Below, piece by piece: positions 7,715-15,573 of a DNA stretch of 64,000 nucleotides. Made by a program: the position numbers and the translations under genes. A model generated the notes under the pieces. The model had not been told where the DNA came from. It saw nothing but the letters and a program-made list of their open reading frames with translations, and did no database searches. The stretch's first letter is position 1, and each line of letters begins with the position of its first letter. The stretch spans positions 271,553 through 335,552 of IMG/VR virus record IMGVR_UViG_3300031957_002643. The stretch is one strand, 5' to 3'.

Positions 7715-8458
7715 ATGAGAATTCTTTCATCCTTCAGTGATTATTATGATGCAGGTATTGCTTACGGTGTTGATCGCGAATTGACGTTTGTTCGTGAAAC
7801 GTCAACTCATATGGTTGATATTCCCCGAGAAGCAAAAAATATTGGATGGCGCGTCATGATCGATCATGAGCGTGGTCGCAGACGCTTTAAGGATCAAGAT
7901 AGATGGAATTATAGAAGTCAACATTATTTGCACTTTTGTGGTAAGATTTATCCCTTCTATTATTTTGATATGATCAAATATAGAGACCCGAAGAATGGTA
8001 GAGTATTTGAGGTCAATGGTGCACTAAACGCTCATCGTAATATGGTCTCTTATGATGAAGTTTCTAGAAATAGAATTTTCATCTGGAACGAAGAAACTGC
8101 TCTGACTTATTTTGAACCGGGGAAACAAGACTGGTACAATAAGTTCGATTATTCCCAAGAATGGAATGTAATTTCAGATGATCGGTTGAATCGAAAATAC
8201 AACTCACCAGTTGTATTGGAGTACATTGGACGTAATGCTGGGCGTAGAATCGATTTGGTTGTCAATCCGTGTTTGAAGGATATGAACTTCAAAGATGTGA
8301 TTGATCCATATACTGCTTTTCAAGAAGTAAGCATGTATTTGGCCATGTTGCAAAATCCTGAAGACAAGGATTTGGACCCGGCAGCAACCGATGTCGAAAA
8401 AATCCGCCAACATGGAATGGATGAGAAATATGGTTTCCGCAAACCACCATCAAAATGA
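7715..8458 (+). CDS. Conserved large-phage hypothetical protein
   Basis: F.DYYD, FCGKIYP, DPYTAFQE and HG.D...FRK motifs typical of jumbo-phage hypotheticals. Confidence 0.8.
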   Translation: MRILSSFSDYYDAGIAYGVDRELTFVRETSTHMVDIPREAKNIGWRVMIDHERGRRRFKDQDRWNYRSQHYLHFCGKIYPFYYFDMIKYRDPKNGRVFEVNGALNAHRNMVSYDEVSRNRIFIWNEETALTYFEPGKQDWYNKFDYSQEWNVISDDRLNRKYNSPVVLEYIGRNAGRRIDLVVNPCLKDMNFKDVIDPYTAFQEVSMYLAMLQNPEDKDLDPAATDVEKIRQHGMDEKYGFRKPPSK

Positions 8459-8804
8459 TCAGCAATCACAAATCGCTGTATTGAAGGAAAAGAACAAAAA
8501 ACTTCAAGAAGCGTTGGACTCTGAACGAAGTAAACGTAAGAAGTCGGCCCGTGTCACACGAGCGATGTGGAAGAAATATCACAAACTCTTTTCAGCAACG
8601 GGAAGAGGATATGAGCAACTTCTTCAAGATGCAGTGGTTGCACGGATGCGAATGGCGTTACCGGATCATACAATCATTGATTTTGATGGAATCATGATGC
8701 ATCAATTTTCCTTCAGAGAAGTAGTGATCCGTGTGCCTGTTTCTGAAATGGATGAACCGAAATACCAATATCCATCAAATGGAGTTGAAAATGAAGAAGA
8801 CTGA
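8391..8804 (+). CDS. Hypothetical coiled-coil protein (start uncertain)
   Basis: 137-aa ORF overlapping its neighbours. Confidence 0.55.
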   Translation: MSKKSANMEWMRNMVSANHHQNDQQSQIAVLKEKNKKLQEALDSERSKRKKSARVTRAMWKKYHKLFSATGRGYEQLLQDAVVARMRMALPDHTIIDFDGIMMHQFSFREVVIRVPVSEMDEPKYQYPSNGVENEED

Positions 8805-8979
8805 CGATACTACTAAATGGTTTATAATCGGAATGGTTGGGTTGATGTGTGCCTTTACTGTTGGATCGACAGTGCAGTCGTATATAAACCTCAGACGTAG
8901 TGAAGCTATTCTTCGCTTCCATGAGGCATGTGTTTCCCATCACTCTCTCGAAGAATGTGGAGAAATCACTTTTCGATAA
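8791..8979 (+). CDS. Small membrane protein
   Basis: GGAG SD; one TM segment (WFIIGMVGLMCAFTVG). Confidence 0.55.
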   Translation: MKKTDDTTKWFIIGMVGLMCAFTVGSTVQSYINLRRSEAILRFHEACVSHHSLEECGEITFR

Positions 8980-8982
8980 ATA
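8976..8982 (+). promoter_or_regulatory. T4-like late promoter motif ATAAATA
   Basis: Immediately upstream of 8988. The same motif precedes genes at 14758(-), 30303, 33793, 52960(-), 55562 and 62607(-). Confidence 0.6.
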
Positions 8983-8987
8983 GATGA

Positions 8988-9365
8988 ATGAAAATTGATC
9001 GTCTATTTGAAGAAACCGTGAAACTCTCCGACATGTATGATGTCGATGATCTGCATGATGATGCAGAAATCCTGTATCATTACATCGATCCAGACCAGTT
9101 GGATGATGAATTCGAAGTTAAAGAATTATCTTTTGATGAAGCCAAGAAATTAAAAACGCCTCGTGGTGATATGACTGTTTGGCAAGCGTATAAAGATCAT
9201 GCGATGCCTGAACAGGAAGACATCATCAAAAAGAAATTGAAAAATTATGATTCGGATCGAGTGATTGTTGTTTATGATGATCAGGTTTTAGACGGGAACC
9301 ATCATTTGATTGCATCATTGAAACAAAAACTTGGCGTTCGCCTGATTGATATTAAGACGATCTAA
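8988..9365 (+). CDS. ParB/Srx-like domain protein
   Basis: VIVVYDDQVLDGNHHLIA resembles the ParB N-terminal DG(H/N)HR motif; N-terminal LFE. Confidence 0.55.
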   Translation: MKIDRLFEETVKLSDMYDVDDLHDDAEILYHYIDPDQLDDEFEVKELSFDEAKKLKTPRGDMTVWQAYKDHAMPEQEDIIKKKLKNYDSDRVIVVYDDQVLDGNHHLIASLKQKLGVRLIDIKTI

Positions 9366-9849
9366 TTTTCATCCACAATTCACCGAGCACATTGTACCCA
9401 ACCCAATTATCACCTTCTCTGGCAGCGCCCCAAAACTTCCCGCTACCATGAGGACGACTGGTGACATCTTCAATTAATCGTCTTTCTCCGGTTTCGGCCA
9501 ACATATTCATGAGTTCTTCATGCTGTTGGACCTTCAACATCAAACACAGTTCCATGTTGTCGAGGTCTTCGGTGCCAGTTTGAAGAACAGTCATATGTTC
9601 GGCATTCCCTTTGGCGTAGAATTTTGCCGACATTGGAGACTTGATAGTCTTGAGATGCAGAAAGTGTTCACTTTCAAAAGGAAAGCGCATAGCCTGAAAC
9701 AAATGTTCAGTCGTTGGAAATAGGTGATCTTTGTAAGTGACTGAAAATGCAGCCATATTTTGCATCCAACCAAAAGGAAGTTTCACTTTAGTGAAAGCGA
9801 TGTCATCTTCTTGGCATGGATTAATCGGGTAGTCTGTAAGTTTGCTCAT
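9352..9849 (-). CDS. NADAR (DUF1768/YbiA) family protein
   Basis: FPTTEHLFQAMRF, SPMSAK, LAETGERRLIE, FWG and G.NVLGELWMKIR. Confidence 0.88.
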   Translation of the reverse strand: MSKLTDYPINPCQEDDIAFTKVKLPFGWMQNMAAFSVTYKDHLFPTTEHLFQAMRFPFESEHFLHLKTIKSPMSAKFYAKGNAEHMTVLQTGTEDLDNMELCLMLKVQQHEELMNMLAETGERRLIEDVTSRPHGSGKFWGAAREGDNWVGYNVLGELWMKIRSS

Positions 9850-10267
9850 CGTTTTCTTCCATGAAATTAAAAATTCGGTCGGACCAGTAGTCATCGAATG
9901 ATGCAAGAGTCCGTGTAAGCTTATATACAGCAGTTGTCAATGCGTCATAATCTTTTGCCTTCCAACTTGTATATGTGCGAGCACAAAGACCAAGTATAGA
10001 CATAGTATAAGCTAATGGGTTATCTTTATTATTTCGATCTTCAATTTCTTTTTTGACCAATTCAAAACGGTCTTCTGTTGTGAAATGGCTTTCATTGTTT
10101 GCCGCAATGCGGAGTGCACAATGAAGCGTCAGGTCAACCAAAATCTGTCTGCGAAAATTAGAACATCCATAGATGATTTTTCTTATTTCTTCCTTTGGAT
10201 CAAATAATTGTTTGATTTCATTATCCAAATCGTCGAGGTCAATATCTATGTCGATTTCATTTTCCAT
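9821..10267 (-). CDS. Hypothetical protein
   Basis: ATG at 10267 (MENEIDID); overlaps the NADAR start. Confidence 0.65.
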   Translation of the reverse strand: MENEIDIDIDLDDLDNEIKQLFDPKEEIRKIIYGCSNFRRQILVDLTLHCALRIAANNESHFTTEDRFELVKKEIEDRNNKDNPLAYTMSILGLCARTYTSWKAKDYDALTTAVYKLTRTLASFDDYWSDRIFNFMEENDEQTYRLPD

Positions 10268-10296
10268 GGCAATATGTATATATCGAATTTTTCTTG

Positions 10297-10325
10297 TTGA
10301 CAAAAGAAATCGAAACACCTATAAG
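10297..10325 (+). promoter_or_regulatory. Sigma70-type promoter for the NAD salvage operon
   Basis: TTGACA-N17-TATAAG. Confidence 0.8.
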
Positions 10326-10381
10326 TATGCATAACGAAGCACCGCCGAAGGTGCATTGACGATAGTAGCGTGGAGTATGCT

Positions 10382-11515
10382 ATGCCTGTGAATGGAAAAC
10401 CATCCATCCGTGATGGGTTCGTGAAAACGAATACACTCGGATATGAAGAAGAATACGATTACCTCGTATTCATTGGAAGATTTCAACCTCTCCATTACGG
10501 GCATATGCGTGTCATTGACATTGCGCTACAACTCTCCAAAAAAGTAGTTCTGCTCGTTGGTTCGTCCAATGTTGGTCGCACCCTGCGTAACCCGTTCACT
10601 TTTCAAGAACGTTACGCCATGATCGCAACACAATACGATCATGCCATCAAGGATGGTCGTCTCATCATCGACTCAATCGATGATATGATGTATGAAGATG
10701 ACCGCTGGATCGAGCAGGTTCAGACCAAAGTCAACAGCAAAGTTGGCGATACCAAAAATGTCGGTCTGATTGGATGTGAGAAAGATCACACCAGTTATTA
10801 TCTCAGCCTCTTCCCGAACTGGCATAATGTCGGTGTGGAATTCAAGGTTCCACTCAACAGTACCGATATCCGCAAGGCTGTGTTCCTTCAGGACAAGCTC
10901 TGGGATGATCGTGGTTTTGGTGAAACGCAACATGCCAAGAATGAATTCTACAAATTCTTGGACAAGGCGTGCCCGCCAGAAATCGCTCAAATCCTTCACG
11001 CATTTATGTACAATCCAACAGCAGAAGAAATTCGTGAAGAATGGAAGTGGATCAATGAATATCGTGCAAAGCGCCAGACCAGCAATTATCCGGTGATTGA
11101 TATCACTGTTGATGCCTGCGTGGTTCAATCTGGTCATGTTCTGGTTGTTCGCCGCAAGAATTATCCGGGCAAAGGTCTTCTTGCCCTTCCGGGTGGTTTC
11201 TTGAATGAAAACGAAATTCGCGAGAAGGGCATGCTTCGTGAATTGCGAGAAGAAACTTGCATCGATCTCTCGGATACTGTCCTTCGCGCAAATATCGTGA
11301 AAGAAAAAGTTTTCGAAGACCCACACCGTTCAGATCGTGGTCGTCTGATTACGACTGCATATCTGATCAAACTTCAGGATCGCCCGGAACTTCCCAAGGT
11401 GAAGGGTGCTGATGATGCAGAGAAAGCATTCTGGTTGCCATTGTCCGAAGTAAAACCTTCGATCTTCTTTGAAGACCATGGATTCATTATCCGAAATCTC
11501 ACGAGCGGAATCTAA
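10382..11515 (+). CDS. nadM: Bifunctional NMN adenylyltransferase / ADP-ribose Nudix hydrolase (NadM-Nudix, NatV-like)
   Basis: FIGRFQPLHYGH (HIGH-type), LNSTDIR, Nudix box GGF.N.NE....GMLRELREE, GADDA, FFEDH. Confidence 0.95.
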   Translation: MPVNGKPSIRDGFVKTNTLGYEEEYDYLVFIGRFQPLHYGHMRVIDIALQLSKKVVLLVGSSNVGRTLRNPFTFQERYAMIATQYDHAIKDGRLIIDSIDDMMYEDDRWIEQVQTKVNSKVGDTKNVGLIGCEKDHTSYYLSLFPNWHNVGVEFKVPLNSTDIRKAVFLQDKLWDDRGFGETQHAKNEFYKFLDKACPPEIAQILHAFMYNPTAEEIREEWKWINEYRAKRQTSNYPVIDITVDACVVQSGHVLVVRRKNYPGKGLLALPGGFLNENEIREKGMLRELREETCIDLSDTVLRANIVKEKVFEDPHRSDRGRLITTAYLIKLQDRPELPKVKGADDAEKAFWLPLSEVKPSIFFEDHGFIIRNLTSGI

Positions 11516-11526
11516 GGAGAATCGTC

Positions 11527-11712
11527 ATGGCAGTTAAAGTAAGTGAAATGTGTAAGCTGACGAGAACTTGTCGCAAGTGTGAAACCGTTCTCGAATTCGA
11601 ATACACGGATATTACAACCCATAAGGTCAATTTTGATTATCTGGGAGATTACGATACCCGAAGAGGTGTAAAGTGTCCCGTATGTGAAAACGTAGTGGAG
11701 GTTACGAAATGA
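11527..11712 (+). CDS. Small Zn-ribbon protein
   Basis: CRKC...CPVC; AAGGAG SD. Confidence 0.7.
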   Translation: MAVKVSEMCKLTRTCRKCETVLEFEYTDITTHKVNFDYLGDYDTRRGVKCPVCENVVEVTK

Positions 11713-12083
11713 CTATCAATTTTGAAGATAAAGAGCGTGCTATCGAACGCGAGCGTCGTGCTATCGAAGATGAACGTGTTCGACTGGCAGAACGCCAAAA
11801 GGCTCTAGAACAGGAAGAAACCGACAACAGAGAACTTGCGGCGAAAATGAAATACGAGAATGATCCTCGTATCCCTATCGCCATCCAGCTTCACACGCTC
11901 ATGTGTAATCACAATCATATTGATGGTTGTAGCTGGTCGTATGAGAGCAAGTGGCACGACTGGAATATTGGTTGGGCACGCAAGGAATATCTCAAAAAGG
12001 CGACCCGTGTCGTGGACATGGCAAATAAATTGGGCATCAAACCTGAAGATGCTCTGGAAATCATCAAAGCAGTGAAAGGGTAA
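11709..12083 (+). CDS. Hypothetical protein
   Basis: Coiled-coil N-terminus, HTLMCNHNHIDGC; ATGA overlap. Confidence 0.75.
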   Translation: MTINFEDKERAIERERRAIEDERVRLAERQKALEQEETDNRELAAKMKYENDPRIPIAIQLHTLMCNHNHIDGCSWSYESKWHDWNIGWARKEYLKKATRVVDMANKLGIKPEDALEIIKAVKG

Positions 12084-12087
12084 TCCA

Positions 12088-13542
12088 ATGCTTAATAATC
12101 CTATTATCGAACTCATTCTCGCAAACAAAGTCATTTCAACGGACAGCTACAAGTTCTCTCACTGGACTCAGTATCCGCCGAATACGACACATGTTTCGAG
12201 CTACATCGAATCCCGTGGTCTTTCCAGTGAAGTGAAAGATGATTGGGAAGATGAAGTCGTTTTCTTCGGCCTGCAAGGCTTCATCAAACGTTACCTCATG
12301 ACGCCGATCACCATGAAGATGGTCGATGAAGCCGAAGAATACTGCAAGGCGCATGGTGAACCATTCAACCGTGCTGGTTTCGAAATCATCGTGAATGAAT
12401 ATGATGGCTTCTATCCTGTTGAAATTGAAGCGGTTCCAGAAGGAACTGTTATGCGTTCTCACAACGCACAGGTTCAAGTCGTCAATACGGATGAACGTCT
12501 GTTTTGGGTGACTTCATTCCTCGAAACGTCTCTTCTCCGTGCAGTGTGGTATCCTTCTACGGTTGCTACTCAAAGCCGCGAAATCAAAAAAGTCATTGCA
12601 TCCTACATGGATGAAACGGCTGGACATCGTGAAGGTCTCGATTTTAAACTCCATGACTTTGGTGCTCGCGGTGTAAGCAGTGCAGAATCCGCTATGATCG
12701 GTGGTTCCTCCCATCTGGTCAATTTCATGGGGACTGATACTGGTGAAGCAAATCTCTGGCTTCGTGCTCTCTATGGTGAAGACATGGCAGCATTCTCTGT
12801 GCCTGCCAGTGAACACAGCACCATGACGAGTTGGGGTGGTCCTGCTGGCGAGGTGGATGCATGTCGCAACATGTTGGAAACCTTTGCTGGTCGCTTCCCG
12901 ATCATCTCTGTGGTTTCTGACAGCTATGACATTTATCGTTGCATCACTGACATTTGGGGTGGTGAACTGTACGAAGATGTCAAGGCGCTTGAAAAGGTCG
13001 GAAGCAAACTTGTTGTTCGTCCTGACTCGGGTGACCCGACGACTGTTCCTGTTGAATGCATCAAGCTTCTGATGGAAAAGTTCGGGTACACCACGAATGA
13101 ACGTGGTTACAAGGTTCTTCCTCCGTTCGTCGGTGTTCTTCAAGGTGATGGTATCAACATCCGTTCGATCCGCCAAATCCTTGAAAACATGAAGAAAGAA
13201 GGCCTGTCCGCCGAAAACATCGTGTTCGGTATGGGTGGTGCCCTTCTTCAAAAGGTTGACCGTGATACCTTGAAGTATGCGATGAAGGCATCTGCTCGAA
13301 AGACTGATGGTGAATGGCATGATGTCTTCAAGCAGCCGGTCACGGATAAGGGCAAGATGTCCAAGAAAGGCCGTCTGGTTGTTGTTGAAACTTTGGGTGT
13401 TGGTGCTCGTGGTCATCTGACTGTTCGTGCCGATGCCATGCTTTCGACCGACAAGAACTTGCTTCGCCCGGTCTATCGTAATGGGGAACTTCTCATGGAT
13501 GATAGCTTGACGGATATCCGCAAACGCGCTAGTATCCGTTAG
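12088..13542 (+). CDS. nadV: Nicotinamide phosphoribosyltransferase (NAMPT/NadV)
   Basis: TDSYKFSH, LHDFGARG, PASEHS, VSDSYD, VRPDSGDP, QGDGI and FGMGGALLQKVDRDT. Confidence 0.95.
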   Translation: MLNNPIIELILANKVISTDSYKFSHWTQYPPNTTHVSSYIESRGLSSEVKDDWEDEVVFFGLQGFIKRYLMTPITMKMVDEAEEYCKAHGEPFNRAGFEIIVNEYDGFYPVEIEAVPEGTVMRSHNAQVQVVNTDERLFWVTSFLETSLLRAVWYPSTVATQSREIKKVIASYMDETAGHREGLDFKLHDFGARGVSSAESAMIGGSSHLVNFMGTDTGEANLWLRALYGEDMAAFSVPASEHSTMTSWGGPAGEVDACRNMLETFAGRFPIISVVSDSYDIYRCITDIWGGELYEDVKALEKVGSKLVVRPDSGDPTTVPVECIKLLMEKFGYTTNERGYKVLPPFVGVLQGDGINIRSIRQILENMKKEGLSAENIVFGMGGALLQKVDRDTLKYAMKASARKTDGEWHDVFKQPVTDKGKMSKKGRLVVVETLGVGARGHLTVRADAMLSTDKNLLRPVYRNGELLMDDSLTDIRKRASIR

Positions 13543-13580
13543 TCACAGGTTGCAGGGATCGTGCCTGTGATTGCCGAAGA

Positions 13581-13618
13581 TAAAGGGGGTGGATTTGATT
13601 ATCCACCCCCTTTATTTT
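13581..13618. terminator. Bidirectional intrinsic terminator
   Basis: 14-bp inverted repeat TAAAGGGGGTGGAT/ATCCACCCCCTTTA between convergent genes. Confidence 0.85.
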
Positions 13619-14276
13619 AATCATCAAATACCGGCTTGCGCTTTGTCTTCAATTTTTTGAAATAGACATTTAGGTCTAGTTCTTTTGGATAATGGCCTGT
13701 GATATCGACGAACTCTTTGATTAGTTTATTGAATTCTGATCTTGCCATATCGATCATGGCATCTTTTTCATTGCCATAATAATTTCTTCGATTCAAATCA
13801 GTTACAACTAATTCCAATGCATCCTTCAGGATGTTCAATTGTGTCGCATATGCTTGATTGCCGGACTGCTTAGAATTTCTATGAAGAGCATCAACCATGT
13901 TCTTTTTGATCTCTTCCATTTTCAATTCAATTTCCGCGCGGCGTTGTTCAATCTGGCCTTGTTTACTTTCTGCATCAGTTTTAGCAATCGAACCCTTTTG
14001 TTCGATTGCTTTTTTGATCTTGGCAGGAGTAACAGCAATCGACTGTACGGAATTGTCAAGATTGGTAACATCCTTACCCAAGGTATAAACCTTACCGTTA
14101 CTAGCAATCACTTTTAGATAAAATTTTCCTTTTGAGGTCTGATAAAGATAATAGTTCTTGATTTTCAATGAACTGATTTGCTCCTTCAGGACATCAGAAT
14201 CGATAAGGGCTTCTTCGTTTGGTACACCGTATTGTGCCAATAGTTGTTTTCTGGATGAGAATGGTCTGACGTTCAT
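13617..14276 (-). CDS. Hypothetical protein
   Basis: 219-aa Lys-rich ORF following the 14278-14736 gene. Confidence 0.75.
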   Translation of the reverse strand: MNVRPFSSRKQLLAQYGVPNEEALIDSDVLKEQISSLKIKNYYLYQTSKGKFYLKVIASNGKVYTLGKDVTNLDNSVQSIAVTPAKIKKAIEQKGSIAKTDAESKQGQIEQRRAEIELKMEEIKKNMVDALHRNSKQSGNQAYATQLNILKDALELVVTDLNRRNYYGNEKDAMIDMARSEFNKLIKEFVDITGHYPKELDLNVYFKKLKTKRKPVFDD

Positions 14277-14277
14277 T

Positions 14278-14736
14278 TTAAATTCTCGGTCTCGTATCTA
14301 TTCCACCGGTAGGCATTGTGTTGGTGGCAGGCTTTGTTCCACCAGCAGCCGGTGTTTTGTTTTTTGGTTTTGGTGCTGGTGGTTTTGTGAATGGGAACAC
14401 TTCAGTGCGAACGCTTCCAGAAAAATCAGAACCAATGTTGATGATCATCTTATCGGCAGAAAAATAAGCACCAAGGTAAACACCAGCTTCATCGTAATCT
14501 ATGAAAATCTTTTGTGGATATGCGTTCTGGAAGATTTCTAGAAATTTGTTGGAAGCGATGATTTGTGGAAAGTTGTGAGCTTCGAAAGCCGCCAACAATT
14601 CATTTTCATCTTTGAATGGTTTGATCTTTTCTTTACTGGAAAAGATATTCTTCAAAATATCGAGAAGTCCCTCATCAAGTTGTTCGATTTGGGACTCAGA
14701 TAGGATTTGAGAAATTTTGGATTTTACATCAATCAT
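14278..14736 (-). CDS. Hypothetical late protein
   Basis: ATAAATA upstream; ILSE..LDEGLLD N-terminus; Pro-rich tail. Confidence 0.75.
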   Translation of the reverse strand: MIDVKSKISQILSESQIEQLDEGLLDILKNIFSSKEKIKPFKDENELLAAFEAHNFPQIIASNKFLEIFQNAYPQKIFIDYDEAGVYLGAYFSADKMIINIGSDFSGSVRTEVFPFTKPPAPKPKNKTPAAGGTKPATNTMPTGGIDTRPRI

Positions 14737-14787
14737 GAAGATACCCGCTGTTCATAGTATTTATTGAACAGCGGGTATCTTCTGTAT

Positions 14788-15495
14788 CTAGTATCCGAGT
14801 TCTTCGGATTCGATTGGATCACTGTCGGGTCCACTCAGTTGGTAAGTTCTGCCCGCCTTGTTTCCGAGATACAGCGGACCTTCCCAATAAATGAAGTCTT
14901 CCCAACCAGAACCTTCAGGAATGATAAGCTTGCGCTTCTTCATCTTCCCTGCAAGATCGAAATAGCTTGGCTTGTATGGCTTCTTAAGAGGCCCCTTCTT
15001 ACCAATCGGGCTGACCCAATGTTCATTGTTGCCTTTCTTGCGGTTACAAGAATCACAAGCAGAAACAATGTTATACCAGTCGGTTCCGCCGCCCTTAGAA
15101 CGAGGAATAACGTGGTCAAAGGTCAGTTCAGACCCAGCGAATTCGTGTCCGCAATACTGACAGGTGTACTCATCCCGCAAGAAGATGTTGTTCTTGCTGA
15201 ACGGAATCGTCTGGTCAGGGTTACGGTACTCCCTTGCAGCGACAATGGATGGAAGAGGGATGGTCACGGAAGGTGACCGAATTGCTATGCCTTCGTATTC
15301 CTTAACAATATCGTACTTGTCAAGAATCACTCCAACGATTGCATCTCTCCAATTAATCGCAGACAGCGGGATCACAGAGAAAGGCGAGTAATCCGCGTTA
15401 AGAACAAGAGTTCTGAAGCCGTCAAGATGATTAATAGAACCAGCGCCAGATGCAAGGAAATCTTGATAAACCCGCTTGTCTAAAGTCGTGCTCAT
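14788..15495 (-). CDS. HNH endonuclease (McrA/HNH_5-like)
   Basis: TLVLNADY, LRDEYTCQYCG, TFDHVIPRSKGG and NIVSACDSCNRKKGN. Confidence 0.9.
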   Translation of the reverse strand: MSTTLDKRVYQDFLASGAGSINHLDGFRTLVLNADYSPFSVIPLSAINWRDAIVGVILDKYDIVKEYEGIAIRSPSVTIPLPSIVAAREYRNPDQTIPFSKNNIFLRDEYTCQYCGHEFAGSELTFDHVIPRSKGGGTDWYNIVSACDSCNRKKGNNEHWVSPIGKKGPLKKPYKPSYFDLAGKMKKRKLIIPEGSGWEDFIYWEGPLYLGNKAGRTYQLSGPDSDPIESEELGY

Positions 15496-15573
15496 TTCAA
15501 TCTCCTATAGCATACACAAGTATTTACCCGATTTTGGTATTGCTGTCAATGATGTTTATAGGATTATATGATA

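Noticed and set aside
10326-10445. NAD riboswitch in the nadM leader, or a frameshift at an ATG near 10443
   Set aside because: Only short hairpins, with no recognisable aptamer. An in-frame ATG at 10382 with a GGAG SD explains the gene without a frameshift.
14788-15495. Intron-encoded homing endonuclease
   Set aside because: The gene is free-standing between intact genes, with no flanking group I intron elements or split host gene.
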